Assembly: GCA_963674755.2 (NCBI GenBank) | Contig: CAXXVS010000001.1 | Coordinates: 1,216,001 to 1,280,000, forward strand | DNA from: Desulfobacterales bacterium | Lineage (GTDB): Bacteria; Desulfobacterota; Desulfobacteria; Desulfobacterales; UBA5852 | Direction: 5' to 3' | DNA: 64,000 nt | Shown: piece by piece, positions 10,027-19,344 of the stretch | Numbering within the stretch: the first letter of the stretch is position 1 | How the letters are laid out: every line of letters starts with the position of its first letter | The notes under the pieces: model-generated | What the model was told of the DNA's origin: nothing | The model's database searches: none | The model's input: the letters and a program-made list of their open reading frames with translations, nothing else | Position numbers and translations under genes: made by a program

Positions 10027-10644
10027 ATGGCCAGGGTTGACGATTATCGGGCCGCGCGTGCGCTGGCGGCCGATACGCTGTCGGAGCAGACCATTGCCGC
10101 AATCAGTGAACGGACCGGTCTGGTCTGCCGGGATGACGATCACTTGGAAATCCGCTTTTTGGACCGCCGCTATGGGATCCGTTATCCGGAATTCGAATTC
10201 GAGGATTTGGAGGCCGCGGAGCGGGAGATCCCCCTCCAGGAACAGGTTCTGATCCTCCATTACATGCTGGGGGCCGACCCCCGACGAATCCCGGGCGATA
10301 TGATCGCCTATCGCGAAATTCCCGGGGCGTCCTTCTATTTCGGCCCTTTCGTCAAGCGGGCGGTCAATCCGCTGAAAGAAACCTTCGGCCGGAATCTGGA
10401 AGCGTTTCACCGGGCCTGTCGGGCTTTGGCGGGATCGCCCATCGATGCGGGCGATGCCGGCTATCGGTTCCAGGTTTTCCCCCAGCTGGCCATGCATTAT
10501 ATTCTCTGGGAAGGCGATGAAGAATTCGATCCCGAAGCGAATATTTTGTTCAATGAAGCGACCGGGGAGTGTTTGTCGCCGGAGGACGCCGCCTGGCTGG
10601 CCGGGATGGTGGTTTACCGCTTGATGGCCCTCAGCCGCGGTTAA
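10027..10644 (+). CDS. DUF3786-like protein
   Basis: VLILHY, YREIPG and LWEGDEEF...ANILF...EDAA match my recollection of DUF3786. RBS AAGGA. Confidence 0.7.
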   Translation: MARVDDYRAARALAADTLSEQTIAAISERTGLVCRDDDHLEIRFLDRRYGIRYPEFEFEDLEAAEREIPLQEQVLILHYMLGADPRRIPGDMIAYREIPGASFYFGPFVKRAVNPLKETFGRNLEAFHRACRALAGSPIDAGDAGYRFQVFPQLAMHYILWEGDEEFDPEANILFNEATGECLSPEDAAWLAGMVVYRLMALSRG

Positions 10645-10804
10645 CCAGGGGCCAAAGAATGCCTTTGCGGGACGGCCGGCTTCATTGCCATGAGAGCGGC
10701 TTTCTGAAAGGCGATTCCCGACGTTGCCGGTCGAACGAGACCATCGCGCCCGGGGGGCGTTGGCGACGTTAGATGACCAATGGCAGGCGTAGGAGAAGAC
10801 CGGA

Positions 10805-13800
10805 ATGATCCGCTCCAAAGCGCTGGAAGTCAATATAGCGGATTACCACGTCGATGTGAAAATCGACCCGCAGTATGCCGTCCTGCAGGAGGTGATGGCG
10901 ACCTATTTCGGTTTGCAGGAAGGTTTGACCACCTTTCTAAAAGAATTATCCCATCCTTACAAGAACTGGAAATTTATCGTCAAGGAAGCCCGCATCTACT
11001 CCCTTGACTATTTCCATCTGATCCGATCCCACTCCGAGGGACCACGCGCGGCCCAGATCTATATCGATATCTATCTGCGCGCCATTGAATCCACCCGTAC
11101 CACTGATGTCTGCATTGATGCGGTGGACAATTTGATGCTCCTCCTGCTGAAGATTGTCAAAGAATCGGGGGAGGTCTTCGAGTGCTTTGCGTCCGTTCTG
11201 GACGACGCTTTACGGAGCATCCGCCGCTATGACAGCGCAATTTTCATGGTGTTTCTTAAAAGCTACTACCAGCTGAACCGGCTCGGCGAGGCCGCCTTGA
11301 AGCTGGGTCCTCCCCATCTCGAACAGCTGCCGCATCTGAATTTGCTGCTGATACGGTTTTTTCAGGACAGCTATGCCTACTGGATGAAGGAAGAAGACCC
11401 GCAGCAGTGGTTTGAAAAGGAGGCCGATAAGTTTAGACCGGACGCCGATCTGGCAGCGGTTTTCGACGCCATCGCGCATGCGACCCTGCAGCGCTATCGT
11501 CAGCGGTTGGACGATATCCTCCACTGTGAAGACATCCGTTCCCCGGAAGTACTCGAGCGTCTTCTCGACATGCCGGGATTCAATCAGATCGTTCAAGCCC
11601 ACCGCGAGATTCCGGACCGCTTGAGCACGCTCGGCCAAAAAAACGGGCGCGGTGAGCTCTACCGGCTGTTGTTTCTGTTTTACCAGATGAATCTGGAAGG
11701 ATTGTCCATCGTTCACGAAGAAGCCCTGCGGGATATCAATCGGGCCCTGACCTGGATCATCGACAACGAAAAGCCATGGCATATCCGGCGGCTGATCGAG
11801 AAAACGTTCTCCATTCTCAAGGAGCGGGCGGCGATTTTCCCAACCACCTCCCTCAATTGTGTCCTGAATATGGGCAAGGGCGTCTACCGTACCCAGGATA
11901 TCGATTTTATCAATTTTTTCATCGATCAGGTCATCGACCTGGGCTTCCAGGCACCCAACATCGGCGGGGTGGGCAACGACTGGCAAATCCAGGTCAATAG
12001 CGCCCATCTGCAGAATATCAGGACCTGGCTGGAGCTGATCGAGCTCAGCCCCAAACGTTCCACACGACTTATGAGCTACCTGATCATTCAGGTGGCCATC
12101 TGCGGGGTTTTCATCAAGGACACCGATCTTTTCCCCAGGGACATCACCCACTTTTTAAACAGCGGTATCGAGCCGGTTTATAATATCGCCAAACAGCTGG
12201 CCCGGTTGTTTCCGGTCTATTTCAACGATATCGGCGCGGAAGGGAAACTGCGGGACATTTCCACCCAGCTTGACGAGATCAATCACCGCAAGGATGTCCT
12301 GCTGCATTTCCTGCGCAAACAATGCCATGTGGAGAGCAGCAATCGCATCATCAATTTCATGGAGGCGGTGCTGCATTTCTGGCAGACGCGCGACAAAGAG
12401 CCGCTGCGGCCTTTTACACCCCCCAACATTTTCAGCGATATCGAAAGTGCAGGATCCTATATTGATGGGGTCCACATTGCCATGCAGCGGCTTAAGGAAC
12501 GCGGTCTGGGAGAGCTTGATGTGTTATTGCGGATTCCCGACGAAGGGTTGCAGAACGTCCTGGCGGAATACGATGAAATCAAGCCCATCGATCGGGAACG
12601 GGTCTATCTGGCCGTCATTTTCTACAAATTGCTCAATCAGAAATACAACATCGATTTCATCGAACTGGGACATTATATCGCCCAGTTGAAGAGTGACGGC
12701 TTTCCCGGGCTGGAAGCCCTGGAGAGTGTGCTGGAAGTGAGCGATTCCCGGGAGAAAATGCGCGGTCTGCTCGATGCCCAGGAGGAACTCAAGGCCATCA
12801 TCCTTTCAGCCAAGACTTTTGAAATCCGCGAGGACATATACAAAAAACGCCATTTCACGATCGATATCCCTTCCATGTACGGCAGCTATCACGAAATGAA
12901 GTTCAACGCGCTGGGGCTGGCCTTCCGGCTGGAATCGTTGACCAATGTGCTGTTGGAAAAACTCATCCGGCGGATCGATTTAAGTCTCATCACCCGGGCG
13001 ACGTTTTACCATATTTATGACCTGCTGCTGCTCTTCCAGCGGGCCCTGGCGCTGGACGGCATCGCCTCCAAAGAATTCGAGCGGCAGCTGGAAATGCTGG
13101 CCCACGCCCTGGAGGCCCGCGGATTCACTTTTACCCAATACCTGGATGTCCTGCGGGGCTTCGCGACTGCCGTCAAGAACATCATCAATGACTACTTCAA
13201 CAATATCCACGAGCAGAACCTGGACCGCATCATCCATCGCACGCCCCCGGATCAGATTCTGCCCAAGTACCTGCCGGCGGACGGCGGGACGGAAAAAGAG
13301 GGGCAGCACCACCGTATCTCGGAGATCTTTTTTCGGGATTTGCTATCCTTATCATTGGGTCTGCGGCAGCTGGATCTCTTCCTCAGCCGGATCCTGACGA
13401 CGCTTTTCCATCAGTCGGCCAAGATTCCCAAAGACAGTCTCCACAGCCTGTTGAACTATGACCCTCAGCGGGCCTTGACGTCGCTGGTGATTCCCAACGA
13501 GCGGGTGCACGGTATCATCTACCTCGGCAATAAGGGACTCAACATGCTGAAACTGACCGGTTTCGGCTTTCCGGTGCCGCCGGGGTTTATCGTGACCACC
13601 GAAGTCTTTCGGTGCCGGGAGGTCATCGAACGCTATCCGGCCGCGGAAGCCAATTTCCGGGACCAGGTGGCGCGGCACATCGCGCTCTTGGAAAACCAGA
13701 CCGGCAAAAAATTCGGCAATGCCCGTAACCCCTTGATGCTTTCCGTGCGTAGCGGCTCATCCATTTCCCAGCCCGGCATGATGGATACCTTTCTGGACGT

Positions 13801-14983
13801 GGGCATCAACGAAGAGATCGCCGCCGGACTGGCGGTCAAAACCGGCAATGCCTGGTTTGCCTGGGACAACTACCGCCGCTTCCTGCAATGCTGGGGTATG
13901 TCCTTCGACCTGCAGCGCGACGATTTCGATGCCATCATGGGCGAGTTCAAAAATCGGTTCGGTACGCCGCTCAAACGCGGCTTCAGCGGCGAGCAGATGC
14001 AGCAGGTGGCCCTGACCTACAAGGAAATGATCCGGGAGGCCGGCATTCTGGTGCCCGAGGACCCCTTCGAGCAGTTGGTGCTGACCACCATGCGGGTGCT
14101 GCAGTCCTGGGAATCCACCAAGGCCCAAACCTACCGCAAGATCATGGGGATTTCCGATGACTGGGGCACGGCCGTCACGATCCAGCAAATGGTTTTCGGC
14201 AATGTCTCTCAGAAGTCCGGCTCAGGCGTGATTTTTACCCATAATCCGCGCTGGTCGGGGGATACTTTGCGCTTATGGGGCGATTTTACCATCGAGAACC
14301 AGGGCGAAGACGTGGTGGCCGGCCTCGTGACCACCTTGCCCATTTCCGTCATCCAGCAGGAGACCGAGATGCGGGATACGGATATTACCCTGGAAACCCA
14401 CTTTCCTAACATTTTTGCGGCGCTGGAAGGGTTTGCGCGGGATCTGGTCTTCAAACGGGGGTGGAGCCCCCAGGAGATGGAGTTCACCTTCGAGGGCGAC
14501 CGCGGCGAAGATCTTTACATCCTCCAGAGCAGGGACATGGCCATCCGGGAGCGCAAGAAATTCATGATGTTCGACCATGAGGAACTCGGCCGCAAACATC
14601 CCATCGGCCATGGCATCGGTGTCAGCGGCGGCGCCATGAGCGGGCGCCTGGTATTCACCCTGGACGAGATCGACTATTGGCGCAAACTGGAGCCCGGGAC
14701 GTCGTTGATCTTGGCCCGCGCGGATACGGTTCCGGATGATATCCGTGAAATCCACGCCGCGGACGGTTTGCTGACATCGCGTGGGGGGCTGACGTCCCAT
14801 GCCGCCGTGGTGGCCCATCGCCTGGGACGGACCGGTGTGGTCGGCTGCGGGGAGCTGATCTGCGACGAGAAGAAGAAGATCTGCCACATCAGTGAAGCGA
14901 TTCTCAGCTCGGGGGATTACATCAGCATCAACGGACAGGAAGGATCGGTATACCAGGGATTGATCAAAGTCGAAGAGACATGA
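10805..14983 (+). CDS. Atypical PPDK-like dikinase: ~890-aa unknown N-terminal region, ATP-grasp domain, phospho-His swivel domain, no pyruvate-binding barrel
   Basis: LGNKGLN...PVPPGF, SVRSG...PGMMDT, QGEDVVAG, EFT and LQSR (nucleotide domain). GGLTSHAAVVA (catalytic His). The protein ends right after the swivel domain. Confidence 0.85.
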   Translation: MIRSKALEVNIADYHVDVKIDPQYAVLQEVMATYFGLQEGLTTFLKELSHPYKNWKFIVKEARIYSLDYFHLIRSHSEGPRAAQIYIDIYLRAIESTRTTDVCIDAVDNLMLLLLKIVKESGEVFECFASVLDDALRSIRRYDSAIFMVFLKSYYQLNRLGEAALKLGPPHLEQLPHLNLLLIRFFQDSYAYWMKEEDPQQWFEKEADKFRPDADLAAVFDAIAHATLQRYRQRLDDILHCEDIRSPEVLERLLDMPGFNQIVQAHREIPDRLSTLGQKNGRGELYRLLFLFYQMNLEGLSIVHEEALRDINRALTWIIDNEKPWHIRRLIEKTFSILKERAAIFPTTSLNCVLNMGKGVYRTQDIDFINFFIDQVIDLGFQAPNIGGVGNDWQIQVNSAHLQNIRTWLELIELSPKRSTRLMSYLIIQVAICGVFIKDTDLFPRDITHFLNSGIEPVYNIAKQLARLFPVYFNDIGAEGKLRDISTQLDEINHRKDVLLHFLRKQCHVESSNRIINFMEAVLHFWQTRDKEPLRPFTPPNIFSDIESAGSYIDGVHIAMQRLKERGLGELDVLLRIPDEGLQNVLAEYDEIKPIDRERVYLAVIFYKLLNQKYNIDFIELGHYIAQLKSDGFPGLEALESVLEVSDSREKMRGLLDAQEELKAIILSAKTFEIREDIYKKRHFTIDIPSMYGSYHEMKFNALGLAFRLESLTNVLLEKLIRRIDLSLITRATFYHIYDLLLLFQRALALDGIASKEFERQLEMLAHALEARGFTFTQYLDVLRGFATAVKNIINDYFNNIHEQNLDRIIHRTPPDQILPKYLPADGGTEKEGQHHRISEIFFRDLLSLSLGLRQLDLFLSRILTTLFHQSAKIPKDSLHSLLNYDPQRALTSLVIPNERVHGIIYLGNKGLNMLKLTGFGFPVPPGFIVTTEVFRCREVIERYPAAEANFRDQVARHIALLENQTGKKFGNARNPLMLSVRSGSSISQPGMMDTFLDVGINEEIAAGLAVKTGNAWFAWDNYRRFLQCWGMSFDLQRDDFDAIMGEFKNRFGTPLKRGFSGEQMQQVALTYKEMIREAGILVPEDPFEQLVLTTMRVLQSWESTKAQTYRKIMGISDDWGTAVTIQQMVFGNVSQKSGSGVIFTHNPRWSGDTLRLWGDFTIENQGEDVVAGLVTTLPISVIQQETEMRDTDITLETHFPNIFAALEGFARDLVFKRGWSPQEMEFTFEGDRGEDLYILQSRDMAIRERKKFMMFDHEELGRKHPIGHGIGVSGGAMSGRLVFTLDEIDYWRKLEPGTSLILARADTVPDDIREIHAADGLLTSRGGLTSHAAVVAHRLGRTGVVGCGELICDEKKKICHISEAILSSGDYISINGQEGSVYQGLIKVEET

Positions 14984-15076
14984 TGGGGCAACGGGTGCTT
15001 TCCGCGCAGCGGTTCCGGGAGACCGCCAAGCGGGATCGTGGGCAACCGCGACCGACAACACTACGGGGGAGAAGAC

Positions 15077-16342
15077 ATGCAACAGTCAGCGGATAGGGGA
15101 CGGGGAGGCAAACTGGGCGTCAACGGGTTCGGGCGGATTGGCAAGCTGACCGTGTGGTACCATGTGGCCCGTAAATTTTTCAGCGAAATCTACGTCAACA
15201 TCGGCCGCGAGGCGGGTACGGGCATGGCCGATCTGGCCCATTATGTGGAAAGGGACTCTTCCTACGGTCGTCTGGGCCAGTTTCTTTACGGTCACCGGCA
15301 GTCTTCGGTGATCGAAGCCATCGACGAGGCGAACCATTGCCTGACCATCGACGGGATCAAGGTGCACTTTCTCAAAACGGCCCGCAATCCGTCCGCTATC
15401 GGCTGGCGCGACCACGATGTGAAACTGGTGGTGGAAACGACGGGCCGGTTTCTGGATCCCACCCTGCCCCCCGATCATCCGGCCGGGGCGGTGCGCGGGC
15501 ACCTGGAAGCCGGGGCGAATATCGTGGTGGTCTCCGCCCCTTTCAAGATCAAGGATAAGGGCCAGCCCATGCCGGAAGATGCGATCACGACGGTCATGGG
15601 GATCAATGCCAACGACTTTGATCCGCGCCGTCACCGGCTCGTGTCCAATGCGTCCTGCACCACGACCTGTCTGGCCCACATGGTCAAGCCGCTCCTCAAC
15701 TACTTCGGCCCCAAGCGGATTCTGTCCGCCTCCATGGCCACCGTGCATTCGGCGACCGGGTCCCAGGCCGTACTGGACCGGCTGCCGAAAACAGGCGTTA
15801 AAGATCTGCGCAAAAATCGCAGCATCATGAACAACATCATCCTGACCACCACCGGGGCGGCCAATGCCCTGCGCCTGGTCATTCCCGAGATGGAGGAGAT
15901 CGGGTTCATCGCCGAGTCGGTCCGGGTGCCTACGGCCACCGGATCGTTGATCATTCTGGTGCTGGACGTCCAGGAGGAGATGGGCGGCGAGCCTGTCCGG
16001 CGGGACACCATCAACACGATTTATCGGCAGACCGCCGCGATGGATCCCCACGGCTATTTGCATTTTTCCGAGAAACAGAACGTCTCCGGCGATATCGTGG
16101 GCTATCCCCGGGCCGCCACCATTATCGAAGGACACGAAACCCACACCCGTACGGCCGAGGTGACCTTCAATCTCAGCAATCTCACCGGGGTGCCCGACAG
16201 CGTTCTGGAGGCGGTCAAGGGGCATGTCTACCGGATTCCGATCACCCAGGTCGTCACCTATGGCTGGTATGACAACGAGATGGGAAGCTATGTGAACATG
16301 CTGGGAGACCGGGCGGTCAGCGTGGCGGAACACATGATGTAG
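15077..16342 (+). CDS. Glyceraldehyde-3-phosphate dehydrogenase family protein with insertions
   Basis: GVNGFGRIG, SNASCTTTCL (catalytic Cys), TVHSATGSQ, TTGAA, RVPT and WYDNE. ATG at 15077 after GGAGA. Confidence 0.88.
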   Translation: MQQSADRGRGGKLGVNGFGRIGKLTVWYHVARKFFSEIYVNIGREAGTGMADLAHYVERDSSYGRLGQFLYGHRQSSVIEAIDEANHCLTIDGIKVHFLKTARNPSAIGWRDHDVKLVVETTGRFLDPTLPPDHPAGAVRGHLEAGANIVVVSAPFKIKDKGQPMPEDAITTVMGINANDFDPRRHRLVSNASCTTTCLAHMVKPLLNYFGPKRILSASMATVHSATGSQAVLDRLPKTGVKDLRKNRSIMNNIILTTTGAANALRLVIPEMEEIGFIAESVRVPTATGSLIILVLDVQEEMGGEPVRRDTINTIYRQTAAMDPHGYLHFSEKQNVSGDIVGYPRAATIIEGHETHTRTAEVTFNLSNLTGVPDSVLEAVKGHVYRIPITQVVTYGWYDNEMGSYVNMLGDRAVSVAEHMM

Positions 16343-16378
16343 GCGTGGCTGGGCCGGGGCCGGGATTGGACATCCGCT

Positions 16379-17299
16379 TCATGACGTGGTCCGGGAATGG
16401 GGGCAGACGGAAAGGACCGGACAATTGGCGCGGCGTATCACGCGGTCGGTGGTGGAACCCAAGAACATGGTGCCGATCAGGCCGTGCCCCCGAACCCCCA
16501 GCACGATCAGATCGATGGCCTGTTCTTCGGCATAGTGCAGCAGTTGGCGGTAGGGTTGCCCCTCTTCCAGGACGGTGACCGGTTGGCACCAATGACGGGC
16601 TTCTTGCGGCACCAAAGCGTCGACCTTGGACTGCAAAAAGTCGCGGATGACCGCCGTCGATGCCGGTTGATGGGCGAAAACGGGTTTGAGGGTTTCGGTG
16701 TAAAGCGGTGTTTCAATAACGTGCATCAGGTGGAGTTCCGCCTGGAATTCCTGCGCCAGGCTCAAGCCGTGCCGGAAGGCGAGATCGGCATCCGGGGAAA
16801 AGTCGCACCCCACCAGGATGCGCTTGAAGCGCAGGGCGGCTTCCGGCATTGCAGCTGCCTCGCCATCAGCGGCGGGGATGACCAGCAGCGGGCAGGGCAG
16901 GGTGCGCATGAGGCGTTCGGTAACGGACCCCAGCAGCATGCGCTTTAGCACCCGGCGGCCCTGGGTGGCGGTCAATACAATGTCAACGGCCCTTTCCCGG
17001 GCTTCCCGCGTGATTTCCTGCGCGGCCGGCCCGACGATCACCAAAGACTCCCAGTCCACCGCGTGGCCCTCCATCAATTCGGCAATGCGCTTCCGGGCAA
17101 AGTCCATGCTGCGATGCAACTGCTCCTCCGGTGCCAGGTAAGCTTCGCCGTAGATCGAGGGTGCCGGCAGATGGATGCAGTGGCATACCAGCAGGTGGGC
17201 GCCAAATTCGTGGGCTAAGGTGATGCCGTGGGCAATGGCTTGGTGGGAGATGTCGGACAGGTCTGTCGCACAAAGAATGCGTCGAAACATGACTCTCAT
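16379..17299 (-). CDS. Tandem-domain universal stress protein
   Basis: Two USP repeats: RILCATDLS...LLGSVTERL..CPLLVI and RILVGCDFS...FLGSTTDRV..CPVL. Confidence 0.9.
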   Translation of the reverse strand: MRVMFRRILCATDLSDISHQAIAHGITLAHEFGAHLLVCHCIHLPAPSIYGEAYLAPEEQLHRSMDFARKRIAELMEGHAVDWESLVIVGPAAQEITREARERAVDIVLTATQGRRVLKRMLLGSVTERLMRTLPCPLLVIPAADGEAAAMPEAALRFKRILVGCDFSPDADLAFRHGLSLAQEFQAELHLMHVIETPLYTETLKPVFAHQPASTAVIRDFLQSKVDALVPQEARHWCQPVTVLEEGQPYRQLLHYAEEQAIDLIVLGVRGHGLIGTMFLGSTTDRVIRRANCPVLSVCPHSRTTS

Positions 17300-17408
17300 T
17301 TCGTATCCTTTCGTCTGGGCGGTTGGGGTGCCTGGCACCCGGATGATCGCGAGGTCGGAAAGGCCGGCTCCTCTGGGGAGTCGGTTGAGAAAAGAGAATT
17401 TATTATCG

Positions 17409-17438
17409 AGTATAAGGATTGCTCCCGGTTTATGTCAA
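17409..17438 (-). promoter_or_regulatory. Putative sigma70 promoter for the USP gene
   Basis: Minus strand TTGACA-N18-TATACT, about 110 bp upstream of the start codon. Confidence 0.55.
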
Positions 17439-17588
17439 ATGGCTTGACCGGCACAGGCCTGGGGCAAGGCGCTAAAATCGGTTGATCCCCAAGGGTGAGC
17501 CCCCCTCTAAACGTTTCAGCTCCTATGCGTTGAACAACGGAAGTGGCTCTGGTTTGTCACTCATTCATTCGAGAAAGGAATTCGATTT

Positions 17589-19286
17589 ATGTCGGGAAAA
17601 CTGCGTGTACTGATTATCGGTGGTGTCGCCTGCGGCCCCAAAACAGCGGCCCGCCTCAAGCGCCTGATGCCTGAGGCCGAAGTGACCATGCTCGAAAGGG
17701 GCGGATTGGTCTCCTACGGAGCCTGCGGCCTGCCCTATTACGTGGAGGGCACGTTTACCAATATCAATGCCCTGACCCATACACCGGCCGGCGTGCCCCG
17801 GACGCCGGAATTCTTCCGTACCTGGAAAGGCTTCCAAACCCGTGTGAACACTGAGGCGACGGCGATCAACCGTGAGGCCAAAACCGTCCACGTCCGCGAC
17901 CTGGAAAGCGGTCGGGAAGAGGATTTGCCTTATGACAAGCTCGTGCTAGCCACTGGCGGGCGGCCGTTTAAACCGCCCATTCCCGGTTTGGACCTTAAAA
18001 ACGTCTGGTTCATGACCCATCCGGACGACGCCGACAGCCTGGTGCGCGAGATTGAAGCGCAGGGGCTCAAACACGCGGTTTTGGTGGGGGCGGGGTTTAT
18101 CGGGCTGGAGGTGGCGGAAGCGTTAGTTGATCGCGGCCTGGAGGTCACGATGGTTGAAATGGCGCCCCAGATCATGCCCGGCATCCTCGACGAGGATATT
18201 GCCCGGTTTGCCCAAATCCATCTGGAAGACAACGACGTCCAACTGGTGCTCAGCGAAACCGTCGTTGCCCTGGAGGGCGGCGAGCGGGTGGACACCGTCG
18301 TTACCAATCAACGCCGCATTAAAGCGGACTGCGTGGTGGTCGGTGTCGGCACCCGTCCCAATGACGAACTGGCCCGGGAGGCGGGATTGCGTTGCGAGCG
18401 GGGCATCCTGGTCAACGAATATTGCCAGACCAGCGATCCGGACATTTACGCCGGCGGTGATTGCGTGCCCAACGCTTATATCCACCGTCAGGTGGGGGAT
18501 CCCCTCTATGTGCCGTTGGGGTCCACCGCCAACAAGCACGGCCGTGTGATCGCCAACCACATTGCCGGACGCCCGACGCCTTTCAGCGGCATCACCTGTT
18601 CCAGCGTGGTGCGGGTGTTCGAATATACCCTGGGCCGTACCGGGCTGACCGAACGCATGGCCAAGGCGCTGGGCATCGATTATGAAGTTGCAACCTGGTC
18701 CGGACAGGATATTCCCCACTATATGACCGGCAGCCGCCTCTTTATCATCAAGATGATTGCTTCCCGGCGGGACCGCAAGGTCCTGGGGGTCCAGGTGGCC
18801 GGCATGGGCAATGGTGCCAAACGGCTGGATGTCGCCGCCAGTGTCATTTATTTCGACGGCACGCTGGATCAGTTGGCGGATGTGGATTTCGGGTATGCCC
18901 CGCCTTTCGGTCCGCCCCTCGATCCCCTGGCGGTGTGCGCCCATGTTCTGACCAACAAGTTGGACGGGATCGCCCATGGCATCCCCCCCCTGGAAGCCAA
19001 ACGGCTGATGGATACGGGCGATTGCCTGCTGCTGGATGTGCGTATTCCGGAAGAGTCCAAAATGGAATGGATTCCCCACACCGACATGCGCCATATCCCC
19101 TTGTCGGAATTGCGGGAGCGCGTGGCGGAATTACCCCGGGATCGTGATATTTTGACGTATTGCAAGGTGAGCATGCGGGGCTACGAGGCCCAACTGATCC
19201 TCAATGCGGCGGGTTTTAGGCGCGTACGCTTCATCGAAGGCGGGGTCGCAGCCTGGCCTTTTGAGACGGCCATGCCGGGGTTATAG
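17589..19286 (+). CDS. FAD-dependent CoA-disulfide/persulfide reductase with a C-terminal rhodanese domain (Npsr/CoADR-RHD type)
   Basis: IIGGVACG, SYGACGLPY redox Cys, GAGFIGLE, IYAGGD, YAPPF, and a rhodanese domain (LLDVR...YCKVSMRG). Confidence 0.85.
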   Translation: MSGKLRVLIIGGVACGPKTAARLKRLMPEAEVTMLERGGLVSYGACGLPYYVEGTFTNINALTHTPAGVPRTPEFFRTWKGFQTRVNTEATAINREAKTVHVRDLESGREEDLPYDKLVLATGGRPFKPPIPGLDLKNVWFMTHPDDADSLVREIEAQGLKHAVLVGAGFIGLEVAEALVDRGLEVTMVEMAPQIMPGILDEDIARFAQIHLEDNDVQLVLSETVVALEGGERVDTVVTNQRRIKADCVVVGVGTRPNDELAREAGLRCERGILVNEYCQTSDPDIYAGGDCVPNAYIHRQVGDPLYVPLGSTANKHGRVIANHIAGRPTPFSGITCSSVVRVFEYTLGRTGLTERMAKALGIDYEVATWSGQDIPHYMTGSRLFIIKMIASRRDRKVLGVQVAGMGNGAKRLDVAASVIYFDGTLDQLADVDFGYAPPFGPPLDPLAVCAHVLTNKLDGIAHGIPPLEAKRLMDTGDCLLLDVRIPEESKMEWIPHTDMRHIPLSELRERVAELPRDRDILTYCKVSMRGYEAQLILNAAGFRRVRFIEGGVAAWPFETAMPGL

Positions 19287-19344
19287 ATCGAAGGTCATTC
19301 CCATTCTGAACGAACAATAGATCGGCGGCGGGCGGCGGCTGGTG

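Noticed and set aside
10805..14983. Annotation as canonical ppdK, or as a frameshifted ppdK pseudogene
   Set aside because: The pyruvate-binding domain is absent and there is no space for it. The ORF is long and intact with conserved catalytic motifs.
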